In this document: one piece after another, positions 18,610 to 27,641 of the stretch
Numbering within the stretch: the stretch's first letter is position 1
How the letters are laid out: the number at the start of each line of letters is the position of its first letter
Source of the DNA: Fibrobacteria bacterium
Lineage (GTDB): Bacteria; Fibrobacterota; Fibrobacteria; UBA11236
DNA length: 64,000 nt
Reading direction: 5' to 3'
NCBI GenBank assembly: GCA_035275285.1
Contig: DATENA010000271.1
Location: 53,354 to 117,353 of the forward strand
Notes under the pieces: generated by a model
The model's database searches: none
The model's input: only the letters and a program-made list of their open reading frames with translations
Told to the model about the DNA's origin: nothing
Program-made: the position numbers and the translations under genes

Positions 18610-19602
18610 CTATTTGCGCAGGGTGCTGTCGGACGGGGCGGGAATCGATGGGGACCGGGCGCCGAAATGATACCACAGGTTCAGGGAGGCCTGAACGGCG
18701 GAGCTTTCCCAATGCGCGTTTCCCGCGGGAGCACTGTAACGCACGATATCGGTCCAAGGCCGCCGCGACTTGAAATCCTGGCGCAGGAAACCGATGGCTC
18801 CGGCCAATTGCCAGGGACCGGCGAGGGACTGCTGGATGCCGAATTGGATTTCATAGCCGGAGCCGTAGGGCCGGAAGCGCGCCGCGGCGGAACCGTAGGG
18901 CGTGTAGAGTTCCGTGCGGCCCAGGTTCCAGTACAGCACTCCTTGCGCGAACAGGCCCAACCCTCCCGTGACGGAAAGCAGGGCGGGCGGAACGTAATAG
19001 CGCAGGCCGGCGCCGCCGAGATTGGCCTGCACGGCGAACCATTCGTCTCCCACGTGGCGGGAGTTCTTGTCTCCCAGAATGGCCGTTTGTTTATACCAAT
19101 AGGAGTGGGTCTTGACCACCAAATCCACGTAGGCTCCCAGGGGCAGGATGGCTTGCAGGCCTATGGGAAAGGCCAGATGCACGGGATCATAGTCCTGCAA
19201 CACTTTGAGGCTGTCGTTGGCTCTTTCCGTTTCCAGGCCTTCCAGGGCGCTTTTGAAAACCTCTTTGGCGTCCAGATCGAAGAAATCGACCCCCAGGCAG
19301 GCCGAGACGGCGGGATGCCGCTTACGTAGCTTGGCAGTTACGGTGTCGGTCCGGGCCAGGCTGTCCGCGCGGGTCTTGGGCGCCGCGGCCGCGGCGGGAG
19401 CGGCGGACCAGGGCGAGGGCCCGGCCTCCACCTTTCTGAAGGGATCCTCCGCGGCGGAATCCGGCTTGAAGGCGGGCAGGGAGTCGGCCGCGGATTGCGC
19501 ATGGGAAATCCCGGCGGGAAGGGCGATGCAGGCCAGCGCCCAGAACAGGCCCAGGCGAGGGCGGCCGGTCCGGGGCGCGGCCGGCCCCGTCATCCCTTCC
19601 AT
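18610..19602 (-). CDS. Hypothetical secreted protein, possibly an outer-membrane beta-barrel
   Basis: Internal ATG at about 19602 gives MEGMTGPAAPRTGRPRLGLFWALACIALPAGISHAQ (signal peptide). The C-terminus is aromatic (HFGARSP...). The ORF-track extension upstream is probably spurious. Confidence 0.45.
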   Translation of the reverse strand: MEGMTGPAAPRTGRPRLGLFWALACIALPAGISHAQSAADSLPAFKPDSAAEDPFRKVEAGPSPWSAAPAAAAAPKTRADSLARTDTVTAKLRKRHPAVSACLGVDFFDLDAKEVFKSALEGLETERANDSLKVLQDYDPVHLAFPIGLQAILPLGAYVDLVVKTHSYWYKQTAILGDKNSRHVGDEWFAVQANLGGAGLRYYVPPALLSVTGGLGLFAQGVLYWNLGRTELYTPYGSAAARFRPYGSGYEIQFGIQQSLAGPWQLAGAIGFLRQDFKSRRPWTDIVRYSAPAGNAHWESSAVQASLNLWYHFGARSPSIPAPSDSTLRK

Positions 19603-19603
19603 C

Positions 19604-20197
19604 CTACGCGGCCCCCGGGGACCCGATTCCATACAGTCCGTGCTTGGCGATATAGGCGCGGATCTCAAGGAGCACGCCGGCCGCCTCCATGTCCCCGGTT
19701 TTCTCCAGGGTTTCCCGGATGAGCCGGGATTCTCCCGCCACGGGCGACATTTGCAATTCCTGCACGCCGTGGGGGATTTTGCTGCCCATGGCATGCCCTT
19801 GCCGGGGATAGACCAGCATGGTGACTTCCCGGAGCACGTCCTGCCAGCGATGCCAGGTGGGGAAGATGGCCCAGTTGTCGGAGCCGATCAGGAAGAACCA
19901 TTCATGGCCCGCGCCGTTCTCGTGCTTGAGGGCCTTGATGGTGTTGAGGGAGTAGGACGGGCTGGAAAGCTGGGCTTCCACGTCCGATACCGCGTTTCCG
20001 GGCATGCCGGCCACGGCCAGGCGCACCATCGCCAGGCGATGCTCGAAAGGGGTTCCCGGCTTCGATTTGTGGGGCGGATCCTGGGCGGGCACCCAGAGGA
20101 TCTTATCGAGCTGCAAGGCGGAAGCGGCGGATTCGGCCAGATGCCTGTGGCCCTCATGGGGGGGGTCGAAGGAACCGCCGAAAATGCAGTATTTCAC
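19604..20197 (-). CDS. nadD: Nicotinate-nucleotide adenylyltransferase NadD
   Basis: N-terminal IFGGSFDPPHEGH (the (H/T)xGH nucleotidyltransferase motif). The GTG start at 20195-20197 overlaps the bamD stop in a GTGA. About 197 aa. Confidence 0.8.
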   Translation of the reverse strand: MKYCIFGGSFDPPHEGHRHLAESAASALQLDKILWVPAQDPPHKSKPGTPFEHRLAMVRLAVAGMPGNAVSDVEAQLSSPSYSLNTIKALKHENGAGHEWFFLIGSDNWAIFPTWHRWQDVLREVTMLVYPRQGHAMGSKIPHGVQELQMSPVAGESRLIRETLEKTGDMEAAGVLLEIRAYIAKHGLYGIGSPGAA

Positions 20198-21060
20198 ATC
20201 GCTTCCTGGCGCTTGCCTTGCTCCTGCTCGTCTTTCTTCTGCCGGGCCAGCTTGATGCGGGCCTTCTCCAGGTCGCGGTAGGCATCCTTCACCTTTTCCT
20301 TGAACGGATCGTCCTTGGCGATGCCGTCGAATTTGCCGAGATAGGAATCGGCTTCGTCGAATTGGCCCATTTCGATGTAGCACAGCGCCAGGCGGAGATT
20401 GATATCGCGTTGGTTCACCCTTCCGCCGAACTCCTTGAGCAGGTTCTTGTAATAGATGGCGGCGGCTTGGGGTTCCCCCATGCGGCGGTAGAGCTTGGCG
20501 ATCATCATCTGCTTTTCCACCAGCAGGTCGCGCAACTTGTCCACCTCCGCCTTGGCGCTGTCGGCGCGCGGCCCGTCGGGATATTCGTCCAGGAAGTTCT
20601 CGTAGGCGGCGATGGCGTCCAGGGTCTTGGTCTGATCCCGGGACGGGGTCTCCACCTGTTTGGCGGCCACTTCCGCGCTGCGGTAGCCCGCCAGTTCCCC
20701 GTATTTCTTGGAGGAGGGGAACTCCTTGAGGAAGGAGGCGTATTCCTGCTCGGCTTCTTCCCATTCCTTGAGGCCGTAATGGGTTTCCCCCAGGTCGAAC
20801 AAGGCCTCTTCCGTGAACGGAGAGCCCGGGCAGGAGGTCACCAGTTCGGAGAGCAATTCCTTGGCCTGGACGTATTTCTTCTTGTCGAACTTCGGCTTGG
20901 CCTTGTCCCATTTTTCCTGGCAGGATTGCTCCTGGGTCAGCTTTTTGCCCGAGGAGCAGGCGAGGAGGGAGAAGGCGCCCAAAGCGGCGATGGCCAGGAC
21001 GGAGCATTTCCTTCCGGAAGGGAAAACCCCGGGTTTGGCTGAGTCAGCGGAAAAAGGCAT
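20194..21060 (-). CDS. bamD: Outer-membrane protein assembly factor BamD (TPR lipoprotein)
   Basis: From the ATG at 21060: MPFSADSAKPGVFPSGRKCSVLAIAALGAFSLLACSSG (lipobox LLACS), followed by TPR-like repeats and a charged C-terminal tail. The position beside nadD is typical. Confidence 0.75.
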   Translation of the reverse strand: MPFSADSAKPGVFPSGRKCSVLAIAALGAFSLLACSSGKKLTQEQSCQEKWDKAKPKFDKKKYVQAKELLSELVTSCPGSPFTEEALFDLGETHYGLKEWEEAEQEYASFLKEFPSSKKYGELAGYRSAEVAAKQVETPSRDQTKTLDAIAAYENFLDEYPDGPRADSAKAEVDKLRDLLVEKQMMIAKLYRRMGEPQAAAIYYKNLLKEFGGRVNQRDINLRLALCYIEMGQFDEADSYLGKFDGIAKDDPFKEKVKDAYRDLEKARIKLARQKKDEQEQGKRQEAM

Positions 21061-21104
21061 GTGGGCCCCGATTCGAGAATGCATGCGCTTGGCGCCTGCC
21101 CTGT

Positions 21105-22040
21105 TTATTCCAATTTGGCCAATTCTTCTTTAGCCCGTTCGGTATATTCGCTATCGGGGTACAAAGATACAACTTTTTTGAACTCCTCGGCAGCCAGCTT
21201 CTTCTCGCCCAACCGCAGGTAGCAATAGCCCAATTTGAGCTGGGCGTCGTCGGCTTTTTCCGTCTCCGGGAAGGCGAACACCTTGCGGAATCCGGTGATG
21301 GCCTTGGCGTAATTGCCTTGGGCGAATTGGCATTCCCCGATCCAATAATAACAGTTGTCCGCATAGGTGCTGGCGGGGAACTTCTTGAGCAACTCCTCGA
21401 AGCGCCCCACCGCCTGGCCATAGTCGCGCCCATAATAGAGATCGAAGGCTTTCTTGTAGAGCTGCGCTTCCGCATCGCTGGCCGGAGGTTTCCGGGCGGG
21501 CGCTTTGGGGGGGAAAGGCTTGAGGGTGATTTTCGGGGCCGCGTCGGGATCGGCGGGGGCCGTTTCCTTCGAGGCCGCGGAGGTGTCCAGGGAGGTGGGC
21601 GCGAAGGTGGCCATCCCTTTGGGAGCGGGCGCCCCCCGGGCCAGGCGATCTTCCAGGCCGCGCAATTGCTGGGTCATCAGGGCCATTTGCTGGGTGAGTT
21701 CATCGAGCTTGGACACGGGAAGATTGGCGAGCTCGTCCCCCAGGGAGGAAATGCGGCCTTCCAACTCGCGGACCTTGGAGGCGAGGGTCTGCAATTCGAG
21801 CTTGTTCTCCTGGGCCAGCTTGAGGGCTTCGTCCGAATTCTCCTTGAGCTGGAGCACGTCGATTTCCGGCAGAGAAGGATCGCCGGAGCGGGTCTTGGGG
21901 GCGGTGGCGCAAGCGCACAGGAACAGCAGGGCGGCGGCGGCGGAATACGGGCGGAGGGACGGGAAGGAAAGGCGCGCGCGCGGGCCACGAAACGGCGATT
22001 TCGTCGGTATCCGGTTCCCATTTCCCATGTTATATCGCAA
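21105..22040 (-). CDS. cpoB: Tol-Pal system protein CpoB/YbgF (coiled coil plus C-terminal TPR)
   Basis: Signal/lipoprotein-like N-terminus, a long N-terminal coiled coil (LASKVRELEGRISSLGDELANL ... LRGLEDRL), and a C-terminal TPR triplet (YKKAFDLYYGRDYGQAV ... YYWIGECQFAQGNYAKAI ... KLGYCYLRLGEKK). Confidence 0.7.
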   Translation of the reverse strand: MRYNMGNGNRIPTKSPFRGPRARLSFPSLRPYSAAAALLFLCACATAPKTRSGDPSLPEIDVLQLKENSDEALKLAQENKLELQTLASKVRELEGRISSLGDELANLPVSKLDELTQQMALMTQQLRGLEDRLARGAPAPKGMATFAPTSLDTSAASKETAPADPDAAPKITLKPFPPKAPARKPPASDAEAQLYKKAFDLYYGRDYGQAVGRFEELLKKFPASTYADNCYYWIGECQFAQGNYAKAITGFRKVFAFPETEKADDAQLKLGYCYLRLGEKKLAAEEFKKVVSLYPDSEYTERAKEELAKLE

Positions 22041-22080
22041 TCCTGTTTACTTACTTTAAGATGTAGTATATTCAACTGGA

Positions 22081-23487
22081 ATGATACTAGCAAGGTATAT
22101 CCTGAAGGAGCATGTCGCCCCTTTCTTTTATGCCTTGTTCGTGATCACCTTCCTCTTCCTGGTCGACTTCCTCATCCGCATCCTCTCCTCGATCCTCTCC
22201 AAGGGCCTGGGGTGGCGCGTGGTCCTGGAAATCCTGGTGCTGAACCTGGCCTGGATGTTGGCCCTTTCCATCCCCATGGCGGTCCTGGTCGCCACCCTCA
22301 TGGCCTTCGGGCGGTTCTCCTCGGACAACGAGATCACGGCCATGAAGTCCCTGGGGATATCGCCTTTCCGGGCCATGCTCCCGGCCCTGATCGTCGCCTG
22401 CCTGCTGGGGGCGGGCCTGGTCTATTTCAACAACGACATCCTTCCGGAAGCCAACTTCCGCGCGGCCGCCCTCCGCAACGACATCGGCCGCAAGAAACCC
22501 ACGGCCCTGATCACGCCCCGCACCCTGATCCGGGACTTCGAGAACTACCTCATCTGGATCGAAAGGCTGGACCAGGCCACGGGCCAGCTGGGCGGCGTGC
22601 GCATCTACAGCGTGGAACCGGGCAAGCCCGTGCGCTACACCTACGCGGATTCCGCCTCCATGGAATACGCCAACGGGGGCAAGAGCATCCTCATCCACCT
22701 CCAGGCGGGGGAGAACCATTTCGTGGATCCCAAGGAGACCGCCAACTACGTGCGCGTCCGCTTCCGCACCCAGGACGTGGCCATCGACAACGTGGACGCC
22801 ACCCTGGAGCGGCACCAGCGTTCCTACCGCACGGACCGGGAAATGTCCATCCAGGAAATGGCCGGCATCGTCAAGGCCAGCGAGAACCGCCTGACCGGGC
22901 TGCGCCAGGAGTACCGCGAGAAGATCTTCGACGAACTCCGGGCGCTGGACATCGTCCTTTCCGCCGATACCGTCAAGGACGTGCCGCCCCGCCTGCTGCA
23001 GGGGAAATGGTGGAAGGACGACCCCATCGGCACCATCGCCTATGCGGAGGTGAAACGCCAGGAGAAGGACAAGATCTACCTGATCGAGCGCTACGAGCGC
23101 CGGGAGGAGAACGAGCTCAAGGAGATCAGCCAGTTCATGGTGGAAATCCACAAGAAATTCTCCATCCCCGTGGCCTGCCTGGTGTTCGTATTCATCGGCG
23201 TGCCGCTCGGGATCATGGCGCGGCGCGGCGGCATCGGTACGGGCGTCATCTACAGCGTGGCGTTCTACCTGCTGTATTGGGTGTGCATGATCCGCGGGGA
23301 GGTGCTGGCCGACCGGCTCATCATCCGGCCCTGGGTGGCGATGTGGGCGCCCAACATCATCGTGGGGATGGGCGGCCTGTTCCTGGTCTTCCGCATGGCC
23401 CGGGAGAATTACCTCAACAACATCTCCCTGCCGCAGAAGCTCTTCCGCCTGGTCTGGCGCCGGAGCCCCAAGGGGACGGCCGCATGA
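22081..23487 (+). CDS. lptF: LPS export ABC permease, LptF/LptG (YjgP/YjgQ) family
   Basis: 468 aa. Multi-pass membrane N-terminus (ILARYILKEHVAPFFYALFVITFLF), a large periplasmic insert, and C-terminal TM helices. Paired with a second paralog immediately downstream. Confidence 0.8.
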   Translation: MILARYILKEHVAPFFYALFVITFLFLVDFLIRILSSILSKGLGWRVVLEILVLNLAWMLALSIPMAVLVATLMAFGRFSSDNEITAMKSLGISPFRAMLPALIVACLLGAGLVYFNNDILPEANFRAAALRNDIGRKKPTALITPRTLIRDFENYLIWIERLDQATGQLGGVRIYSVEPGKPVRYTYADSASMEYANGGKSILIHLQAGENHFVDPKETANYVRVRFRTQDVAIDNVDATLERHQRSYRTDREMSIQEMAGIVKASENRLTGLRQEYREKIFDELRALDIVLSADTVKDVPPRLLQGKWWKDDPIGTIAYAEVKRQEKDKIYLIERYERREENELKEISQFMVEIHKKFSIPVACLVFVFIGVPLGIMARRGGIGTGVIYSVAFYLLYWVCMIRGEVLADRLIIRPWVAMWAPNIIVGMGGLFLVFRMARENYLNNISLPQKLFRLVWRRSPKGTAA

Positions 23488-24563
23488 AGATCCATACCCG
23501 CCACGTGCTCAAGGCGTTCCTGGGCCTTCTGCTCCTGACCGTGATCTCCATCGTGGTGATCTTCGTGGTCATCGATTTCGTCGGCAACAGCAAGATCTGG
23601 CTGACCCGGACCCCGAAAGAGGTGTTCCGCTATTACCTGGACTTCCTCCCGCACATCCTCTACCTGATCCTGCCCATCGCCATGCTGCTGGCTTCCGTCT
23701 TCTCCATCGGGAACATGTCCCGGAACCTGGAGCTCGTGGCCCTGCGCGCGGCCGGCGTCCCGGTGGTGCGCATTTTGGCGCCGATCCTCCTGTTCGGATT
23801 GATCGCCAGCGGGGTGATGTTCTGGTTCGAGGACGCCGTCCTGCCGGATGCGAACCACCGCCGCTACGAGATCAACGAGCCCAAGTCCCAGGACGGGGAC
23901 CAGGGCGGCGATCCCCTGGAGAAGTTCAATTACCTCTTCACCGCCTCGGACGGCATGGTGCTGTATTTCGATTTCTACTCGGGCCACCGCAACACCGGGC
24001 AGGGCATCACCGTCATCACCCAGCCCAAGCACGGGCCCATGGAAATGCGCATCGACGCCCGTTCCATGGCCTGGGACAAGGATCGCTGGCTGCTGCGGGA
24101 CGGCACCAAGCGGGTCTTCTACAAGGGCGTGCTGGAATCCTTCCCGTTCAAGGAACTGCCCTTTCCGGAGTTCAAGGACAAGCCCATGGACCTGCTGGAC
24201 GACCGCTCCTATCCGGAGGAGATGGGCATCCAGGAACTGGATCGCCGCATCGCCATCCTCAAGCGGTCCGGGGAGTCTTCCCGCGTCCTGGAGACGGAGC
24301 GCCACTTCCGCTTTTCCAGCAGCCTGGTGAACCTGTTCATGGCCCTGATAGGCACCGCCATGTCCGTCCATACGGTGAAATCGGGGTTGGCCCGCAACTT
24401 CGGCGTCGCCCTGCTGATCACCTTCCTGTATTACGTGGCCCTGCGCCTGGGCCTGGTCATGGGCCAGAACGGAAGCCTGTCCCCGGTGATGGGCGCCTGG
24501 CTCGGCAATCTCATCTTCGCGCCCCTGGGATTCCTGCTCCTCTGGAAGGCGGCCCGCGTGTGA
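23484..24563 (+). CDS. lptG: LPS export ABC permease, LptF/LptG family (second paralog)
   Basis: MKIHTRHVLKAFLGLLLLTVISIVVIFVVIDFV. The ATG at 23484 overlaps the upstream stop in an ATGA. 359 aa. Confidence 0.8.
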   Translation: MKIHTRHVLKAFLGLLLLTVISIVVIFVVIDFVGNSKIWLTRTPKEVFRYYLDFLPHILYLILPIAMLLASVFSIGNMSRNLELVALRAAGVPVVRILAPILLFGLIASGVMFWFEDAVLPDANHRRYEINEPKSQDGDQGGDPLEKFNYLFTASDGMVLYFDFYSGHRNTGQGITVITQPKHGPMEMRIDARSMAWDKDRWLLRDGTKRVFYKGVLESFPFKELPFPEFKDKPMDLLDDRSYPEEMGIQELDRRIAILKRSGESSRVLETERHFRFSSSLVNLFMALIGTAMSVHTVKSGLARNFGVALLITFLYYVALRLGLVMGQNGSLSPVMGAWLGNLIFAPLGFLLLWKAARV

Positions 24564-26341
24564 GCGGGCCCTGGTTTTTCCTCGCGGGCGCGTTCGCCGG
24601 CTTGGGATTCCTGGGCGGAAACTGGCGGCTGGCTTTCGTACCCGCGGCGGCCTGCCTCGTGCTCGCCTGGACCGGCGGCCGCGCCGCCCTGGGCCGGAAG
24701 AAAAACGGCGGATCGCCCACCCGCAAGACCTCAGTGGTGCCCCAGCAAGCCTTTCCGGAACCCTCCACGGAGGAGCGCCGCCAGGACACCACCCGCGCGT
24801 TCCTCAAAGGCGATATGGCCTTGGTGGGCAGCGAGGCCCAGGCCCGGGAAGCCCGCAAGCTGGCCCTGCGCGAACTGGAAGACAACATCGACGGCGCCAT
24901 CTTCGACGGGCTCGCGCTCCTGAAGCAGGCCGTTCCGGGCGGGCACACCTACGCGGTGCTGTTCCCGGGGAAGAACGACGGGCTCTACCTGCGCGCCTGG
25001 ATCACGGACAGCGGATCCGTGATTGCCGGGGCCGTGCTGAACAGCAACCAGGGCCTGGTGGGGCAATTGAACAAGGACGGCGTGCGCCGGGTGCTGGAAG
25101 GCGACATCGTGGCCGATTCCGCCCAATTGCACTACTACTCCGGCCACGACGGCGTGCGCTCCCTGGCCGGCGTCCCCATCCTGGTCAAAGGCGTCCGGCG
25201 CGGGGCGGTCATCGTCGACAGCCTGCGGGAGAACGCCTTCGACGCCCGGACCATCGAACGCCTGGATTCCCTGGCCAACCTGCTGGGGCATCTGGCCTAC
25301 CACGCCTACATGGCTTTCGAGCATGCCTATCACAAGGAGCAATTGGCGGCCCTGACCAGCTACCAGCGCAAATTCCTGGAGAACATGTCGGTCGAGAACA
25401 TCGTCACCCACGTGCAGAATTACATGGCCGAATGCCTGGAGGGCGATCGCTTCCTGGTGGTGGAGCGCGTTTCCCGCCAGGGCGACGACGCGCGCATCGT
25501 GAGCTGCATCGGCGCGGACGACAAGGAGATGCAGGGTCTCGGGTTCCGCCTCTCGGAGAAAGGCCTGGCGGCCCTGGCCTTCGAGAAGGAGCAGATCATC
25601 AACCGCGCGTTCCCGCCCACGCCGCACGTGCCCCGCTTCAGCCCCAGGGAAAAGGCCCACGGGCGCATGGCCAGCCTGCTGGCCGTGCCGGTGCCCACGG
25701 ACCAGGGCGTGGACATGGTCCTGATGGTGGAATCCGTCCGCCCCCGGCGTTTTTCCGAGCACCACCAGAACCTGCTTTCCACCATCGCCCGCGCGGCCGG
25801 CTTCGCCCTGTCCCGCGCCCGCCTCTACCAGGAGAAGGAGCAGCTCGCCAGCCGCGACGGGCTCACCGGGGTGGAGAACCACCGCACCTTCCAGGAGCGT
25901 TTCCTCAACGAGATCCTGCGCGCCCAGCGGTACGCTCACCAACTGGCCGTGATGATGATGGACATCGATCTCTTCAAGAAGGTGAACGATACCTACGGCC
26001 ATCCGGTCGGCGACCAGGTCCTCAAGGAAGTGGCCCGGATCATCTCCCAGAACATCCGCGCGGGCACCGATCTGCTGGCGCGCTACGGCGGGGAGGAGTT
26101 CGTGGTCATGCTGGCGGATACGGACCGGACCCGGGCGGGAGAGACCGCGGAGCGGATCCGCGAGAGCATCGCCGCCAAGGTCTTCGAATCCGGCACCGTG
26201 CGCTTCCAGGTCACCATGAGCATCGGCGGGGCCATCTACCCTTCCGATTCCCGCCACGGGCGGGAGATCCTGGAGAAGGCGGACAAGGCTTTGTACCGGG
26301 CCAAGGAGACGGGGCGGAACAGGCTGGTGTTCTACAATTAA
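24560..26341 (+). CDS. Membrane-anchored GAF-GAF-GGDEF diguanylate cyclase
   Basis: GTG start overlaps the lptG stop (GTGTGA). Two N-terminal TM helices, two GAF-like domains, and a C-terminal GGDEF domain with an intact RYGGEEF active site. Confidence 0.85.
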   Translation: MSGPWFFLAGAFAGLGFLGGNWRLAFVPAAACLVLAWTGGRAALGRKKNGGSPTRKTSVVPQQAFPEPSTEERRQDTTRAFLKGDMALVGSEAQAREARKLALRELEDNIDGAIFDGLALLKQAVPGGHTYAVLFPGKNDGLYLRAWITDSGSVIAGAVLNSNQGLVGQLNKDGVRRVLEGDIVADSAQLHYYSGHDGVRSLAGVPILVKGVRRGAVIVDSLRENAFDARTIERLDSLANLLGHLAYHAYMAFEHAYHKEQLAALTSYQRKFLENMSVENIVTHVQNYMAECLEGDRFLVVERVSRQGDDARIVSCIGADDKEMQGLGFRLSEKGLAALAFEKEQIINRAFPPTPHVPRFSPREKAHGRMASLLAVPVPTDQGVDMVLMVESVRPRRFSEHHQNLLSTIARAAGFALSRARLYQEKEQLASRDGLTGVENHRTFQERFLNEILRAQRYAHQLAVMMMDIDLFKKVNDTYGHPVGDQVLKEVARIISQNIRAGTDLLARYGGEEFVVMLADTDRTRAGETAERIRESIAAKVFESGTVRFQVTMSIGGAIYPSDSRHGREILEKADKALYRAKETGRNRLVFYN

Positions 26342-26367
26342 GGCGGTCTGGGGGATCGAGGAGAGAG

Positions 26368-26499
26368 AATTCAAAGTGCAAAAGTCAAAGTTCAAAGTGC
26401 AAAATGAAGAAGGGGGAGGCGACGGCCGATGCCGTACTTCTTTGCGTGCGTTTGTCTTAAATTTCGACTTTTGCACTTTGAACTTTGACTTTTGAACTC
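26368..26499. repeat. Low-GC inverted-repeat element, copy 2 (same family as 15250-15375)
   Basis: Left arm ATTCAAAGTGCAAAAGTCAAAGTTCAAAGTGCAAAATGAAG. Right arm ATTTCGACTTTTGCACTTTGAACTTTGACTTTTGAACTC. The spacer is unique and about 50 nt. It lies between the GGDEF gene stop and the tadA start on the + strand. Confidence 0.8.
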
Positions 26500-26515
26500 C
26501 ACCCGAAAGACCACG

Positions 26516-27007
26516 ATGTTGCTCCCTCCCGACGACGAATACTTCATGCGCCAGGCCCTGCGCGAGGCGCAAGGCGCCTATGAAGAGGGTGAAGTGCCCA
26601 TCGGCTGCGTGATCGTGAAGGCGGGGAAGATCCTGGGCCGCGGCCGCAACCACATGGAAACCCTGCGGGACCCCACCGCGCACGCGGAGATCCTGGCCCT
26701 GGGCGCCGCCAGCGGGGCCCTGGACAATTGGCGCCTGGACGGCTGCACCCTGTACGCCACCCTGGAGCCTTGCCCCATGTGCGCCGGGGCCATCCTCAAC
26801 GGCCGCATCGCCAAGGTGGTCTACGGGTCCAAGGACAAGCGCCTGGGCGCCCTGGGGTCCGCCTACGATATCCTGACGGACAATCCCCTGAACCGCTCCA
26901 TCGAGGTGGTGGGCGGCGTGCTGGCGGAGGAATGCCTGGACCTGTTGCGGTCCTTTTTCCAGGAGAGGCGCAAGCGTCCGGCGAAATCCGCCCCCGAAGA
27001 AGGATAG
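26516..27007 (+). CDS. tadA: tRNA-specific adenosine deaminase TadA
   Basis: CMP/dCMP deaminase zinc motifs HAEILAL and PCPMCAGA. ATG at 26516; the ORF-track start at 26492 is a TTG lying inside the repeat arm. Confidence 0.88.
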   Translation: MLLPPDDEYFMRQALREAQGAYEEGEVPIGCVIVKAGKILGRGRNHMETLRDPTAHAEILALGAASGALDNWRLDGCTLYATLEPCPMCAGAILNGRIAKVVYGSKDKRLGALGSAYDILTDNPLNRSIEVVGGVLAEECLDLLRSFFQERRKRPAKSAPEEG

Positions 27008-27029
27008 GCGCGCAGGCGGGCGTCCAGCG

Positions 27030-27219
27030 CCGCCCGCACGTAGGCTTCCATGTCCCCGGGCCCGTCGACCCGGAAAGGCGCGAACCGCCAGATCTCCGGG
27101 TCGGCGCCGGCCAGGTACAAGGCGGGGGCATGGGCCATTTCCAACGGGACGAGCCGGACATGCCGGCCAGACAACCGGAGATGGGGATCGGACGGTCCGG
27201 GCATGGGAAAAAGGTGCAT
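27030..27219 (-). pseudogene. GNAT (RimL-like) N-acetyltransferase N-terminal remnant
   Basis: HVRLVPLEMAHAPALYLAGADPEIWRFAPF matches the Acetyltransf_3 N-terminal consensus (RLxLRPLxxxDAxALFxxxSDPEVxRY). The frame carries no acetyl-CoA-binding motifs and runs into the 3' end of tadA on the opposite strand. Confidence 0.3.
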
Positions 27220-27375
27220 TCCGGACCGGGGTGCCGCAAGCCTTGGGCGCCGGCCCGCCAATAGGTATATTGGCTCTGCTCATCCTGGAAGGCGCAGACC
27301 TCACGCAATTGACGCGAGCTGAACCCCGCCAGGACGAAAGTAGCAACGGTAGGCATCAACTCAATGTGCCGTGTC

Positions 27376-27475
27376 GAAGTCTGCCGCCAACCGGGATGAG
27401 CACCTCCTTTTAGAACATCCCGGTTGGCGCGCTGACCGGGATGAGCACCCCCTTCTAGAACATCCCGATCAGCGC
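27376..27475. repeat. Two tandem, near-identical hairpin units (13-15 bp stem, 17-nt loop) in the 630-bp region upstream of the hybrid kinase gene
   Basis: Unit 1 is GCCAACCGGGATG-agcacctccttttagaa-CATCCCGGTTGGC. Unit 2 is GCGCTGACCGGGATG-agcacccccttctagaa-CATCCCGATCAGCGC. They share the CCGGGATG / CATCCCGG core. Confidence 0.75.
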
Positions 27476-27641
27476 GCCGGCCGGCGCCTATCCTCCTCGC
27501 CGCATTCCGTTTTTCCTCTTTTGGGTTTTCCCCGGAGCTTTGGGATTCCATCCCCCGGTGAGGAATTTTTTTGTGCGGTCCGAAACGGAAAAAGAATAAT
27601 TAGGGCTTCAGGTCCCGACCCGGGTCCGCCGAAGGGGTTGA

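Noticed and set aside
21318-23480. Long 5' extension of the ORF-track frame 21318-24563
   Set aside because: Only the last 1080 nt (from the ATG at 23484) encode a recognisable LptF/G permease. The upstream 2 kb is antisense to cpoB and out of frame with the lptF-like gene, and lacks motifs.
27376-27475. Possible CRISPR array
   Set aside because: Only two units, they are directly adjacent with no spacers, each unit is itself a hairpin, and no cas genes are nearby. Not CRISPR.
27376-27475. Loop sequence CACCTCCTTT resembling the 16S rRNA 3' end
   Set aside because: Too short to be meaningful, and no rRNA operon context. It is mentioned only as a possible anti-SD-like feature.
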